DNA of 32,065 nucleotides from Candidatus Fraserbacteria bacterium (GTDB taxonomy: Bacteria > Bipolaricaulota > Bipolaricaulia > RBG-16-55-9): contig JBBIPG010000021.1 in the NCBI GenBank assembly GCA_037442925.1, positions 1-32,065 on the forward strand, written 5' to 3'. Numbering within the stretch: the first letter of the stretch is position 1; every line of letters begins with the position of its first letter. Below, one piece after another: positions 8,215-17,248 of the stretch. The notes under the pieces are model-generated. The model saw nothing but the letters and a program-made list of their open reading frames with translations. It did no database searches and was not told the origin of the DNA. Made by a program: the position numbers and the translations under genes.

Positions 8215-9309
8215 ATGCGCACCCGCAGTTCCAGAGACGAGTTCTTCGAGAAACTGTTTGCCCGTGATGTAAGCGAACTGGAGTATGTTCATCATCCTTC
8301 GGAGGAAGTGCTAAGGGTCTATCTGAGGGGCTATTTGAGCAGGGAATGGCGTGATCCCGATAGTCTTCTGTCGAAACTTCAGGGTGAGGCGGTAGAGGAG
8401 TGGCGTCATCAAGAGGTCTCGGCTCACGTGCTCACGTGTGGGAGATGTCGCCAGCGCGCACACGAGCTTCAGACTGAGATGTCCCCCCAGGGGACCTTCT
8501 GGCCAGCTCTCCAGGGCTGGCTGGCCGCTTTGCCTGAACGCTTGGCCCCAGTTCCTCGACCGGCTCTGGCCACCATGGCTGTGGAGTTCGCCATCATCGT
8601 AGGATTGATCGGTGTGCTCTTCTTCCAGCCTGCCCCGCTCTTTACTAAGTCGGCGGCGCTCGGAGGAGTCACCTCTACGGTCACAGATCGACACGCGCTA
8701 CCGCCAACGAATGCACCCGCAACTCCACAAGATCCGCCTACTCTGGAGGCGGCTGGCTTCCTGCCTCTGCCGGTCACCCAAGCGATGCAAACCCTCAACC
8801 AAGACCCCAACCCCGAAAGCCGACTGGCCGCCGTTCAGAGCTTAAAGCCATACGCCGATATTCGCTTGGTGGAGCCCCTAAGCCAAGTCTTGGATCGAGA
8901 GCAACATCCCCAAGTGCGCCAAGCCATCGTCCAGACGATCACGTTCATTTGGGGGAAATCCGAGGACCAGTTTACCTCTGCGGCCCAGATGATGCAGCGC
9001 CTTCGTGAGCGACACCGTATCGACTTCGACGCCTTCCAAATCAGCATTGATATCGACTTGGATCAGCTCAGGCAAGACCTCAACGCCCTACGCACTCGTG
9101 TTCAGTATCCCTACGAAACTCTCTGTACCAGCCGACCGGAGCTCACGTTAGGACAACTAAGCGGACTCGCCTCGGAGTTCGATGGAGTGCTCGTTATCGA
9201 TCGCTCGCTCGCCACAGGGAGTTTTCGCCTGCGACTGCCGCTCACACTGGGCGCGGTACGCACAATCGATCAGCTGGAGTCTCAGTTAGGGATCATCTGC
9301 AGGAAGTGA
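8215..9309 (+). CDS. Zinc-finger (zf-HC2/ZAS) anti-sigma-like membrane protein with HEAT-like extracytoplasmic domain
   Basis: SD GGAGGT. HPSEEVLRVYLRG...VSAHVLTCGRC (HxxxCxxC), one TM (AVEFAIIVGLIGVLFF), a Pro/Thr linker, then HEAT-like DPNPESRLAAVQSL...HPQVRQAIVQTI. Confidence 0.75.
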   Translation: MRTRSSRDEFFEKLFARDVSELEYVHHPSEEVLRVYLRGYLSREWRDPDSLLSKLQGEAVEEWRHQEVSAHVLTCGRCRQRAHELQTEMSPQGTFWPALQGWLAALPERLAPVPRPALATMAVEFAIIVGLIGVLFFQPAPLFTKSAALGGVTSTVTDRHALPPTNAPATPQDPPTLEAAGFLPLPVTQAMQTLNQDPNPESRLAAVQSLKPYADIRLVEPLSQVLDREQHPQVRQAIVQTITFIWGKSEDQFTSAAQMMQRLRERHRIDFDAFQISIDIDLDQLRQDLNALRTRVQYPYETLCTSRPELTLGQLSGLASEFDGVLVIDRSLATGSFRLRLPLTLGAVRTIDQLESQLGIICRK

Positions 9310-9317
9310 CGGCCAGT

Positions 9318-10631
9318 TTACACGTTCTGGATGAGCACTTTTTCGATGCGCGGGCCTTTCATCTGATCTACCGTAAGCTTGACACGATCACAGTGGATGA
9401 TCTCTCCCGGTTGAGGCACTCGCTTGAGGTGATAGAAGATAAACCCAGCGATCGTCTGATATTCGTCCCCTTCGGGTAGCTTAAGCCCCAATGTCGTATT
9501 GGCCTCTTCCACGCGCATTTGACCGTCCACGCGGACTGTATTTGGCGTAAGCCTCTCATAGAGTGGTTCGATGAGGTCCTCCCCTAGATGCCCTACGATC
9601 TCCTCTGCCAGGCCATCGAGAGTAACTATGCCTACGGTGTCGCTGAATTCGTTGACGACGGCCACTATGGGAACACGGTCCCGCTGCATCTGGGCAAACA
9701 GCGTGCTTACGGTCTTGTTCTCTGGCACATAGTGAATGGGATGCACGAGACTGCGGATGGGCTTTTCTAGCGCATGGGGATCCTCGCTGATCGCTTTGAG
9801 CACATCGCGGATGGCTACGAATCCGACGACGTTTTCCGGCCGCTCGCGGTAGACAGGAAAGCGCGCATGGCTTGCCTCCTTAAAGACGTTCAAGAGTTCT
9901 GCAAGGCTCTGGCGCTCCTCGAGGCTTACGATATCCAGGCGCGATGTCATGACTTCTCTTACTTCTCGCTCCGTGAGTTCCAACACGCGGCGCAGCATCT
10001 CCTCTTGCTGGCGACCGAGCAGACCGCGCTTCTGTCCCTCGGAGAACTGGTGCTTTAAGTCTTCCAAAGAGCGGAGGCGGCCGGGCTCGGTGAATTCGCG
10101 GCGCATGCCCACAGCCTGCAGAGCGAGCTGCGAAGCGCGATCCAGAAGCCAGATGAACGGCCGGAAGACCCGCTCAAAGATCAAAATGGGACGTGCCGTC
10201 AGAAAAGAGATGGCCTCTGGGTGGCGGATGGCGTAGATCTTGGGAGCTTGTTCGCCCAAGACAATATGTAGAGCCGTGATGAAGGCGAACGCCATCGCGG
10301 TAGCGAGCGCATGGGCAGTAGCATTGGCTATGCCAATAGGAAGAAAGTCAAACCAGGGGCGAATGATGTCGACCAAGGTCATCTCCCCGATCCATCCCAG
10401 AGCGAGACTGGCCATCGTGATGCCTAGTTGGGCTGCGGCGAGGATCTTATCTGTCTCGTGCAACAGCTGACGAACGAGTTTCGCGGAGGAGTGACCCTGC
10501 AAGGCCAGATGATCGATGCGGCCACGCCGCAGACTGACCAAGGCGAACTCTACGGAGACGAAAAACCCGTTGGCCACTACCAGAAGAGCTATGGCTAAGA
10601 GCTTCAAGAACACAGGCCAGAATGCTTCCAT
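9318..10631 (-). CDS. HlyC/CorC (CNNM) family transporter: DUF21, 2xCBS and CorC_HlyC domains
   Basis: NGFFVSVEFALV, QLGITMASLALG, GEQAPK, a CBS pair and YQTIAGFI. Confidence 0.95.
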   Translation of the reverse strand: MEAFWPVFLKLLAIALLVVANGFFVSVEFALVSLRRGRIDHLALQGHSSAKLVRQLLHETDKILAAAQLGITMASLALGWIGEMTLVDIIRPWFDFLPIGIANATAHALATAMAFAFITALHIVLGEQAPKIYAIRHPEAISFLTARPILIFERVFRPFIWLLDRASQLALQAVGMRREFTEPGRLRSLEDLKHQFSEGQKRGLLGRQQEEMLRRVLELTEREVREVMTSRLDIVSLEERQSLAELLNVFKEASHARFPVYRERPENVVGFVAIRDVLKAISEDPHALEKPIRSLVHPIHYVPENKTVSTLFAQMQRDRVPIVAVVNEFSDTVGIVTLDGLAEEIVGHLGEDLIEPLYERLTPNTVRVDGQMRVEEANTTLGLKLPEGDEYQTIAGFIFYHLKRVPQPGEIIHCDRVKLTVDQMKGPRIEKVLIQNV

Positions 10632-10639
10632 CCTGTCCC

Positions 10640-10667
10640 ATTATAGCTTGCTGAACCCTTTTGGCAA
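10640..10667 (-). promoter_or_regulatory. Sigma70-type promoter 8 nt before the CNNM start codon
   Basis: Minus strand TTGCCA-16-TATAAT. Confidence 0.6.
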
Positions 10668-10677
10668 TCTTGTCAGA

Positions 10678-11409
10678 TTACTTCAATGTCGATATGAACC
10701 AACCGACGATCACAGCCCACAGCAGTGCGCCGATCCAGATGCTGAGGATGTTGACACGGGAAGGCATGTCGGCTACCGGCAAGGCGATCACTCTTGTCTC
10801 TGGCGAGCCGATTGTGTAGACGGTGCAATTCGTCATGCGGTTGAGTGCAAAGTCATAGATGCTGGCGACCACTGTGTTCGTTCCTGCAAGGCGAAGTTCC
10901 AGATCATAACGGCCATCGGGGAGGCTGAGGTAGCCCGTAGCCTCACCAAAGGCCAAATTGGAATAGAGGATCGTCCCTTCCGCCAAGGCGACATCCACCG
11001 CCGGCAGATCGGGAGAAGCATGGAGGAAGCGGATTTTCGCTGCAAACAAGCTGGGGGAGAGATCGTCCACAAAGAGGCTGGGGACGAGATCACCCTGGTT
11101 CCAAGGGCCCAAGGTGGCAAGCGTGTATGCTGTTCGACCCTGGAGTGTGACCACGATATCAATCACAGGTTCTGCCTGTCCCGCAGGGCTAAATTGGAGA
11201 CGGTGCTCACCTGCCCGCAGCAGGAGATAACCCGTGATGATATCAAAATCCACGTCCGTCCAAGAGAGAACTCCATCCACCCAGACATCGATTGCCGGTG
11301 CATCGGGGGACAAATGGGCAATGCGCATTTGAGAGAATTCAGCAGCTAGAGTTAGCTGACCGAACGCAAGAACGAAAGCCAGTACAGGGAACACTACCAA
11401 TCTCTTCAC
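10678..11409 (-). CDS. DUF4397-domain secreted protein with C-terminal membrane anchor
   Basis: Two repeats, RIAHLSPDAPAIDV and RFLHASPDLPAVDV. Signal peptide from GTG 11409 after AGGAGG. C-terminal TM segment. Confidence 0.9.
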   Translation of the reverse strand: MKRLVVFPVLAFVLAFGQLTLAAEFSQMRIAHLSPDAPAIDVWVDGVLSWTDVDFDIITGYLLLRAGEHRLQFSPAGQAEPVIDIVVTLQGRTAYTLATLGPWNQGDLVPSLFVDDLSPSLFAAKIRFLHASPDLPAVDVALAEGTILYSNLAFGEATGYLSLPDGRYDLELRLAGTNTVVASIYDFALNRMTNCTVYTIGSPETRVIALPVADMPSRVNILSIWIGALLWAVIVGWFISTLK

Positions 11410-11469
11410 AGCCAACCCCCTCCTTTTTGCCTCTCGAGATTGATCTATTTGTTTTGAATGTATCAGTTT

Positions 11470-11498
11470 ATCGTACTGTAAGGGCAAACGAGGGTCAA
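11470..11498 (-). promoter_or_regulatory. Sigma70-type promoter for the DUF4397 gene
   Basis: Minus strand TTGACC-17-TACGAT. Confidence 0.6.
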
Positions 11499-11522
11499 GT
11501 ATCCCGCGTTACTCTTGATTTG

Positions 11523-11599
11523 TGGTACGCCCGGCAGGATTTGAACCTGCGACCTCTGGCTCCGGAGGCCAGCGCTCTCATCCCCTGAGCTACGGGCGC
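11523..11599 (-). tRNA. tRNA-Arg(CCG), CCA encoded
   Basis: GCGCCCG TAGCTCAGGGGATGAGAGC...CTGGC-CT-CCG-GA-GCCAG...GCAGG-TTCAAAT-CCTGC-CGGGCGT-ACCA folds as a cloverleaf. Confidence 0.97.
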
Positions 11600-11660
11600 A
11601 AACGGATACACCAGTGTAACGCCAATAGCCCACTGGATTCAACCCTGTATCATTCAGGAT

Positions 11661-12131
11661 CTATGGATCATTCCACCCGTACTCGTAATGGGAAACCTTC
11701 TCGCCCTGAGCGTTAAACAGCATTGCAACGCCTCCGCGTTCGCTCCACATCTCGTCCTTAGTGGGCTCTCCGTCCACCGTCAGCCAATGAAGATCCCGAG
11801 AGCCGGCAAAAGGTTGCAGGTTCCCATGGCCGGAGTGGACCCTCAGGATGTCGTGGGCTTCAATGACGCAGCAGTAGGGATTCCAGCTGGTATTCTGGAA
11901 GAAGAACTTCTGTCCTTGCCGGTTTTCGAGCCAGTAGCCCGTAAGATCGATGTCCGTGTTGCTGCCATTCAAGATGACCACAACCTCATCGTGGTTGTAG
12001 CAATCCACCCAAGCGATCATGAGCGTATCGACGAGACGCATCTCGGGGGCACACGAATCTTGGGGTTGGGCTGACGCCAGCAAAATGGGTGCAAGAATCA
12101 GACAGGAGATCAACAGCTTTAATGCACGCAC
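11661..12131 (-). CDS. Lamin-tail-domain secreted protein
   Basis: GTG after AGGAGG, signal peptide, and the LTD pattern EVVVILN...IDLTGYWLEN...LRVHSG...W...G....LFNAQG. Confidence 0.85.
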   Translation of the reverse strand: MRALKLLISCLILAPILLASAQPQDSCAPEMRLVDTLMIAWVDCYNHDEVVVILNGSNTDIDLTGYWLENRQGQKFFFQNTSWNPYCCVIEAHDILRVHSGHGNLQPFAGSRDLHWLTVDGEPTKDEMWSERGGVAMLFNAQGEKVSHYEYGWNDP

Positions 12132-12161
12132 GGCAACCTCCTCTTGCAGATATTTACACAC

Positions 12162-12190
12162 ATCCTAGAGCCGTACGCACACAGCGTCAA
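12162..12190 (-). promoter_or_regulatory. Sigma70-type promoter for the lamin-tail gene
   Basis: Minus strand TTGACG-17-TAGGAT. Confidence 0.6.
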
Positions 12191-12217
12191 GTAAATTCAT
12201 CACATTCAGAGGCGTTC

Positions 12218-13381
12218 TCAAGCAAAGAGTGCTTTCAGCCGGCGGAGACCCTCTTGAATACGCTCCATCGAGGTCGCATAGGAGATCCGCAAGTACCCAT
12301 CTCGGCCAAACTCCACACCGGAAATCGTCACAACCCCAGCTCTTTCGAGCAGGGAGCGAGCCAGGTCAGTCGAGTTCCGGATCGCACCGTCAAACAGAGC
12401 CGCCACGTTGGGGAAGACGAAGAATGAGCCTCGAGGAAGATGGCACCGAATGCCAGGGATTTCGCTAAGACCTTCCACGATGGCATCGCGACGACGGCGG
12501 TATTCGGCAATCATCTCATGAACGCAGGCTTGATCACTCGTGAGTGCTTCCAGAGCAGCTCGTTGCGCGATCGATGTGGGGTTGGATGTACACTGACTCT
12601 GGATCTTTTCCATGGCCTGAATAACGGAAGCTTCACCAGCAGCCCAGCCGATCCGCCAGCCAGTCATGGCATACGTCTTAGAACAGGAGCCGGCCAAGAT
12701 CACGTGCTCTTTTCCGTACGAGGCAGCGGAAAGAGGCGAGCTATCGTAGACAAACTGCTCATAACATTCGTCGTAGATGACGTAAAAGTCGCGTGTGCGA
12801 GCCAGCTCGATCATGCGCTCTAGTTCGCCACGATTCAGAGTCGCCCCGGATGGATTATTCGGGAAATTGAGAATGAGAGCTTTCGTGTGGGGTGTAAGCG
12901 CTCCTTCTACTTCTCTTGCCGTCAAGCTAAACTCGTTTTCTTCTTGAGTGTCGACATAGACCACATGAGCCCCGGTGAGCTTGATCTGTTCAGGATAGCT
13001 CACCCAGTAGGGGGTGGGCACGATCACTTCATCGCCCGGCTCGAAGAGCGCGCAAGCGGCGTTATACAGCGCCTGCTTCGCGCCACAGGTGATCATGATC
13101 TCCCGCTGGGGATCGTAAGAGACCCCATAATCGCGCTGGTATTTCTGAGCTACGGCTTCGCGGAGTTCACGGATTCCGCCGGCATCGGTGTATTTGGTGA
13201 AATTCTCTTCTATAGCCCGATAGGCAGCCTGCTTGATGTGTTCGGGCGTGTGAAAATCCGGCTCACCGATGCCAAAATCAACCAGATCCACCCCTTGAGC
13301 CCGGAGTTCATCCGCCTTCCGTTTCACAGCCAGCGTGGCGGAGACGGCCAATTGCGAAATCCGTTCGGACAATGCGGGCAT
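12218..13381 (-). CDS. aspC: PLP-dependent class I aminotransferase (aspartate aminotransferase-like)
   Basis: GEPDF, GAKQAL, PYWVSY, PNNPSG, DECY and SKTYAMTGWRIG (PLP lysine). Confidence 0.93.
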   Translation of the reverse strand: MPALSERISQLAVSATLAVKRKADELRAQGVDLVDFGIGEPDFHTPEHIKQAAYRAIEENFTKYTDAGGIRELREAVAQKYQRDYGVSYDPQREIMITCGAKQALYNAACALFEPGDEVIVPTPYWVSYPEQIKLTGAHVVYVDTQEENEFSLTAREVEGALTPHTKALILNFPNNPSGATLNRGELERMIELARTRDFYVIYDECYEQFVYDSSPLSAASYGKEHVILAGSCSKTYAMTGWRIGWAAGEASVIQAMEKIQSQCTSNPTSIAQRAALEALTSDQACVHEMIAEYRRRRDAIVEGLSEIPGIRCHLPRGSFFVFPNVAALFDGAIRNSTDLARSLLERAGVVTISGVEFGRDGYLRISYATSMERIQEGLRRLKALFA

Positions 13382-13553
13382 GCTTCCTCCCTCAACCCGT
13401 TCTGGAAATGCCCCATTCTAACGGCGCTTCATCCACGCCGCCAATACTATCTGTCCAAGCAACCTCGAAGGTGATGTATACCACGTTCAGAGAGTAGGGT
13501 TTTCTGCTATATTTGCAGAAGGGCGATTGTCACACAAAAGGAGGAGGTCAGTC

Positions 13554-14489
13554 ATGCGCAGTTGGCTGAGTGTGTTCAGTTTTTGCTTTACCTTCGTAGC
13601 TGCTGTAGGACTGGGAGTTTCTGGCCAGATGTTTACTCTTGATGTCTCCGCGAGTCTCGCGTTCGATACGGCGGGTTTCTCGATGGCAGACTCGTCTTTC
13701 ACAACGACCGTTACGACAAAGATAGAAGGAGCAGATCTCGCGGCGACTGTGGTCTTTACTCTGGCCGGATTCTCGAACGCTGTCCTCAAGGCCAGTACAA
13801 CCATCGAAGGTGTCAATATCTCGATGGAGGACTCGTTTGGGCCGCAAGGCTGGGAGTCTGGAAAGCTCAAACTGAGCCGAAACTTCGATCCTTTCGATCT
13901 CTCCGTGACACTGGCCTTCAAACAACCAGAGTTCTTCGCCAGCGCCACGTTGAGCGCCAGTGCTCAGACAGAAGAAGGCATCTCACTGAGCAGCAGCACG
14001 ACGATCACGCCCGAAGGTTTCTCCAAGAAGATCCTCAGTATGGGACTGACCGTCAGTGGTCTCTCGCTCTCGCGCACAACAATTCTTTCAGCCAAAGGCC
14101 TGGATCAAGAGCAGTGGTCGATGACAGCCCAGGTGGGCGAGTACGAGATCTCTCGCACCACGTCGTTCACAGCTGCTGGTTTTTCGGAAGAGACGCTTTC
14201 TCTCTCAACCACCATCGAAGAGATTGACTTCTCGACCGCTATGACTTTTGGCACGAGTGGCTTTTCGGGCGCAGATGTTAACGTGAGCGGATCGCGCGAA
14301 GGAGTGGATTTCACAAGCTTCACCCACTTTGCCCCGACAGGCTTCGCTGAGCAAAAGCTCATCCTGAGCGGCACGCTGGATCGCTTTGACCTTGTGGGCA
14401 CAGGCGTCTTGAATGCGGACGGCTTTCAGAAGGGCACACTCGACATCAGCACGAGTTTGAAAGACATCCGCTTGGGAGGAGCGCCTTAG
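13554..14489 (+). CDS. Secreted Ser/Thr-rich beta-hairpin repeat protein (putative OM barrel or surface-layer protein)
   Basis: SD GGAGGAGG, signal peptide, and about 10 imperfect ~27-aa repeats centred on (F/L/I)xxxG(F/W/L). Confidence 0.7.
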   Translation: MRSWLSVFSFCFTFVAAVGLGVSGQMFTLDVSASLAFDTAGFSMADSSFTTTVTTKIEGADLAATVVFTLAGFSNAVLKASTTIEGVNISMEDSFGPQGWESGKLKLSRNFDPFDLSVTLAFKQPEFFASATLSASAQTEEGISLSSSTTITPEGFSKKILSMGLTVSGLSLSRTTILSAKGLDQEQWSMTAQVGEYEISRTTSFTAAGFSEETLSLSTTIEEIDFSTAMTFGTSGFSGADVNVSGSREGVDFTSFTHFAPTGFAEQKLILSGTLDRFDLVGTGVLNADGFQKGTLDISTSLKDIRLGGAP

Positions 14490-14491
14490 GG

Positions 14492-16249
14492 CTAGCGTCG
14501 TCCAAAGGCACGCTCCAGTTCGCTCAGCGAGTAATTCACAATAATGGGGCGTCCGTGAGGGCAACGATAGGGGTTTTTCGTCCGGCGAAGCTGAGCGACT
14601 AAGCCTTCCATCTCATGCAGACTGAGAGGCGTGTTTTTCACGATCGCCGACTCACAAGCCAGATCGGCAGCCATGTGTTTCGCCAGCTCTTCAAGCGCCA
14701 CCTCCGCCTCATGCTCCAGCGCCTGCAAGACTCGTTCCAGCGTGTGAGTCGCACTCTCTTTGGTCAGCTCCTCCGCTAGACTCTCAGGCCAATCGCGAAG
14801 AATGAACGTACCCCCGCCAAAACGTTCGAGCCCCACCCCCAACTTCTGCTCTAGCACTTCGAGATGTTTTGCCAGCAACTCCGCTTGATCGATGGGGAAC
14901 TCTAACGTCATCGGGATGAGCAACCTCTGGCGTCGCAGCTGGCCTGCCGTCAATTGCTCCAGATACTTCTCGAAGAAGATGCGCTCCTGGGCCACATGCT
15001 GGTCAATGAGCTCTACCCCGCGCTCCGTCTGAACGATAATATATGTGCCATGAAGTTGACCGATGATTCGCTCATGCTTCATCTCGGCTTGAAAGGGGAC
15101 AGCTGCGGGTGGTCTTGATGGCGTCGCTCTCTCAAGAAGCTCTTTCTTGAGATCCAGCTCCCGCACTGCCGTGTAGCTGCCGCGTAGCTGAACCGGCTCC
15201 TTGGGACGTCCACGCTCTTCCATTTCAGCGTCAGATCGAGGCTCTTTGAGAGAGGGAATCATCCCCTTTGTGAGAAGCGCGTTGCTCACGGCCCGCTTCA
15301 CTTCCGCTTGCACCAGTGAGGGATTGGAAAACCGAACTTCTTCCTTCTTGGGGTGAACGTTCACATCGACCATTTGTGGGTCAATCTCTAGAAACAAGAA
15401 CGTGACCGGATGCTTGTCTTTCTCTAACAGACCTTCATAGGCTTTGGAGATGGCGTACTGAATCGCCGTGTCTCTTACGAAGCGACCATTGATGAAGACA
15501 TACTGTTCATTGCGGTCTGCCCGGGCCCGCTCAGGAGGGGCAACAAAGCCGTGAACCCGAATCTCCCGACCGTGGGATTTCACTTCTAAAAGAGATTTCG
15601 CAAGCTCCGCATCGTAGAGCTGAGCGATGACGTCACGCGTGGTCTGCGCCGGAGGAGATTCCAGAATGAGCTTGCCTCCGTGCAACAGTCGAAAGTGCAC
15701 GCTAGGGTAAGCGAGTGCAAAGCGTTTCACAGTCCTCACGATGTGAAAGAACTCCGTCTTCTCGCTCTTTAGAAACTTGCGGCGGGCAGGCGTGTTGAAG
15801 AAGAGATCTCGTGCATCCACTGTAGTTCCACGCCTGCGCCCCTCGGCTCGCACATGTCTGATCTGCCCTCCTTCCATCTCAACACGCGTAGCTTCAGGAG
15901 ATTCTTCACTTCGAGAGACGATGACGGTCCGCGAGACCTCGACGATGCTGGCCAGGGCCTCTCCACGGAACCCCAGAGTTCTAATGTTATAGAGGTCTTC
16001 TTCGGATTGGATCTTGCTTGTGGTGTGGCGCTGGATGGCCAACAGCATGTCCTCGCGCTCCATGCCGCTGCCATTATCAGAGATGCTGATGCGCTCCATG
16101 CCCCCGCCTTCGATGAGAACTTCGATCTGGGTGCTGCCGGCATCGAGACTGTTCTCGATGAGTTCTTTGACGACCGAGGCCGGGCGTTCGATCACCTCGC
16201 CCGCGGCGATCTTGTTGATGAGGTGGGCATCTAACTCTCTGACTTTCAT
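14492..16249 (-). CDS. mutL: DNA mismatch repair endonuclease MutL
   Basis: IAAGEVIERPASVVKELIENSLDAG and GFRGEAL, plus endonuclease motifs DQHVAQERIFFE and CPHGRP. Confidence 0.98.
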   Translation of the reverse strand: MKVRELDAHLINKIAAGEVIERPASVVKELIENSLDAGSTQIEVLIEGGGMERISISDNGSGMEREDMLLAIQRHTTSKIQSEEDLYNIRTLGFRGEALASIVEVSRTVIVSRSEESPEATRVEMEGGQIRHVRAEGRRRGTTVDARDLFFNTPARRKFLKSEKTEFFHIVRTVKRFALAYPSVHFRLLHGGKLILESPPAQTTRDVIAQLYDAELAKSLLEVKSHGREIRVHGFVAPPERARADRNEQYVFINGRFVRDTAIQYAISKAYEGLLEKDKHPVTFLFLEIDPQMVDVNVHPKKEEVRFSNPSLVQAEVKRAVSNALLTKGMIPSLKEPRSDAEMEERGRPKEPVQLRGSYTAVRELDLKKELLERATPSRPPAAVPFQAEMKHERIIGQLHGTYIIVQTERGVELIDQHVAQERIFFEKYLEQLTAGQLRRQRLLIPMTLEFPIDQAELLAKHLEVLEQKLGVGLERFGGGTFILRDWPESLAEELTKESATHTLERVLQALEHEAEVALEELAKHMAADLACESAIVKNTPLSLHEMEGLVAQLRRTKNPYRCPHGRPIIVNYSLSELERAFGRR

Positions 16250-16264
16250 AGAATCTCTGAAGAG

Positions 16265-16293
16265 AGAGTACTGGACGGAGCTGGAGTTTTCAA
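16265..16293 (-). promoter_or_regulatory. Sigma70-type promoter for mutL (very short leader)
   Basis: Minus strand TTGAAA-17-TACTCT, 15 nt before the ATG. Confidence 0.5.
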
Positions 16294-16352
16294 ATGAGCT
16301 TGGGCTTAGCGTCGGCAGCAGGAAAGCTTGATCGGCTGGGGTGAGAAGACCC

Positions 16353-16382
16353 TTGACAAGAAGGGGGAGGCAGTGCTATAGT
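16353..16382 (+). promoter_or_regulatory. Strong sigma70-type promoter for the lipoprotein-protease operon
   Basis: TTGACA-18-TATAGT with an extended -10 TG. Confidence 0.7.
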
Positions 16383-16433
16383 GCTTTGTCACCCGAGAAG
16401 AGCAAACCCTTCGCGAGGAGGGGGCGCAAAGCC

Positions 16434-17213
16434 ATGGGTCTCACCGAGATCGCCAGGCTGCCGAAGAGAGCAGGTCTGAGCTGGCTAGGTATATTCCTTC
16501 TTTCATTAACAGCCTGTTCACTTCTTTCTCCACCTCCAGCCCCAACTCCTCAGCCACCGCTTGCTGCCTTCGAGATCCGCTGGCTGGATAACTTCACGGT
16601 GGAGCTGAACGCTTTCAACTCCTCAGCTGCCAAAGGAAGACAAATCGAGTCCTATCAGTGGGATTTTGGAGATGGCGAGCAAGTCACCGATCACCTCTAC
16701 ATGATGCAACATCACTATGAAAAACCAGGACGCTATGTCATCACGCTAACAGTTCAAGACGAAGTAGGACTGACGGCTTCTGCGCAAAAAGATGTGTTTC
16801 TCGTGCCGGAGGGAGATGTAGAGTTCGAACAGCTATATTACAGTCTCTATAGTGGAGTGAACAATCCAATAAGCTGGGTCATTCACACACAAGAAGAACT
16901 CGAGCGGCTCTGGCAGGAAGCCCTTAGGATCCAAACCCCTCTTCCAGATCTTCCTGTTATTGATTTCAGGGAAGAGATGGTTGTGGCCATTTTCTTAGGG
17001 AACCGCCCCGATCTTGGGTATGGAATCAGGGCGGAGCGCGTTCGTGCGGAACAAGGAAAGTTAAAAATCTGGTATACCGAGACGAAACTTGGTGGATATG
17101 GTTGTGCTGCGCCTCCCGCAATAAGTTCTCCTATGCTGCTACTCCGATCACAGCGGGTGGAGCTTCCTGCTGTCTTTAGCTCAAGAGTGGAGATTGTTCC
17201 TTGCCCTCGATAA
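16434..17213 (+). CDS. Lipoprotein with PKD domain and C-terminal PrcB-like domain
   Basis: Lipobox LTAC. PKD signature YQWDFGDG...HHYEKPGRYVITLTVQD. PrcB_C-like pattern IDFREEMVVAIFLG.RP..GYGI. Confidence 0.82.
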   Translation: MGLTEIARLPKRAGLSWLGIFLLSLTACSLLSPPPAPTPQPPLAAFEIRWLDNFTVELNAFNSSAAKGRQIESYQWDFGDGEQVTDHLYMMQHHYEKPGRYVITLTVQDEVGLTASAQKDVFLVPEGDVEFEQLYYSLYSGVNNPISWVIHTQEELERLWQEALRIQTPLPDLPVIDFREEMVVAIFLGNRPDLGYGIRAERVRAEQGKLKIWYTETKLGGYGCAAPPAISSPMLLLRSQRVELPAVFSSRVEIVPCPR

Positions 17214-17248
17214 GCGTTCTTAACAAGAGAGGGAGAAAGGAGACATCA

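Noticed and set aside
10516..11349. 277-aa plus-strand ORF and similar long antisense ORFs (e.g. 12887..13474, 18455..19051, 19785..20513)
   Set aside because: These are shadows or alternate frames of well-supported genes and carry no recognisable motifs.
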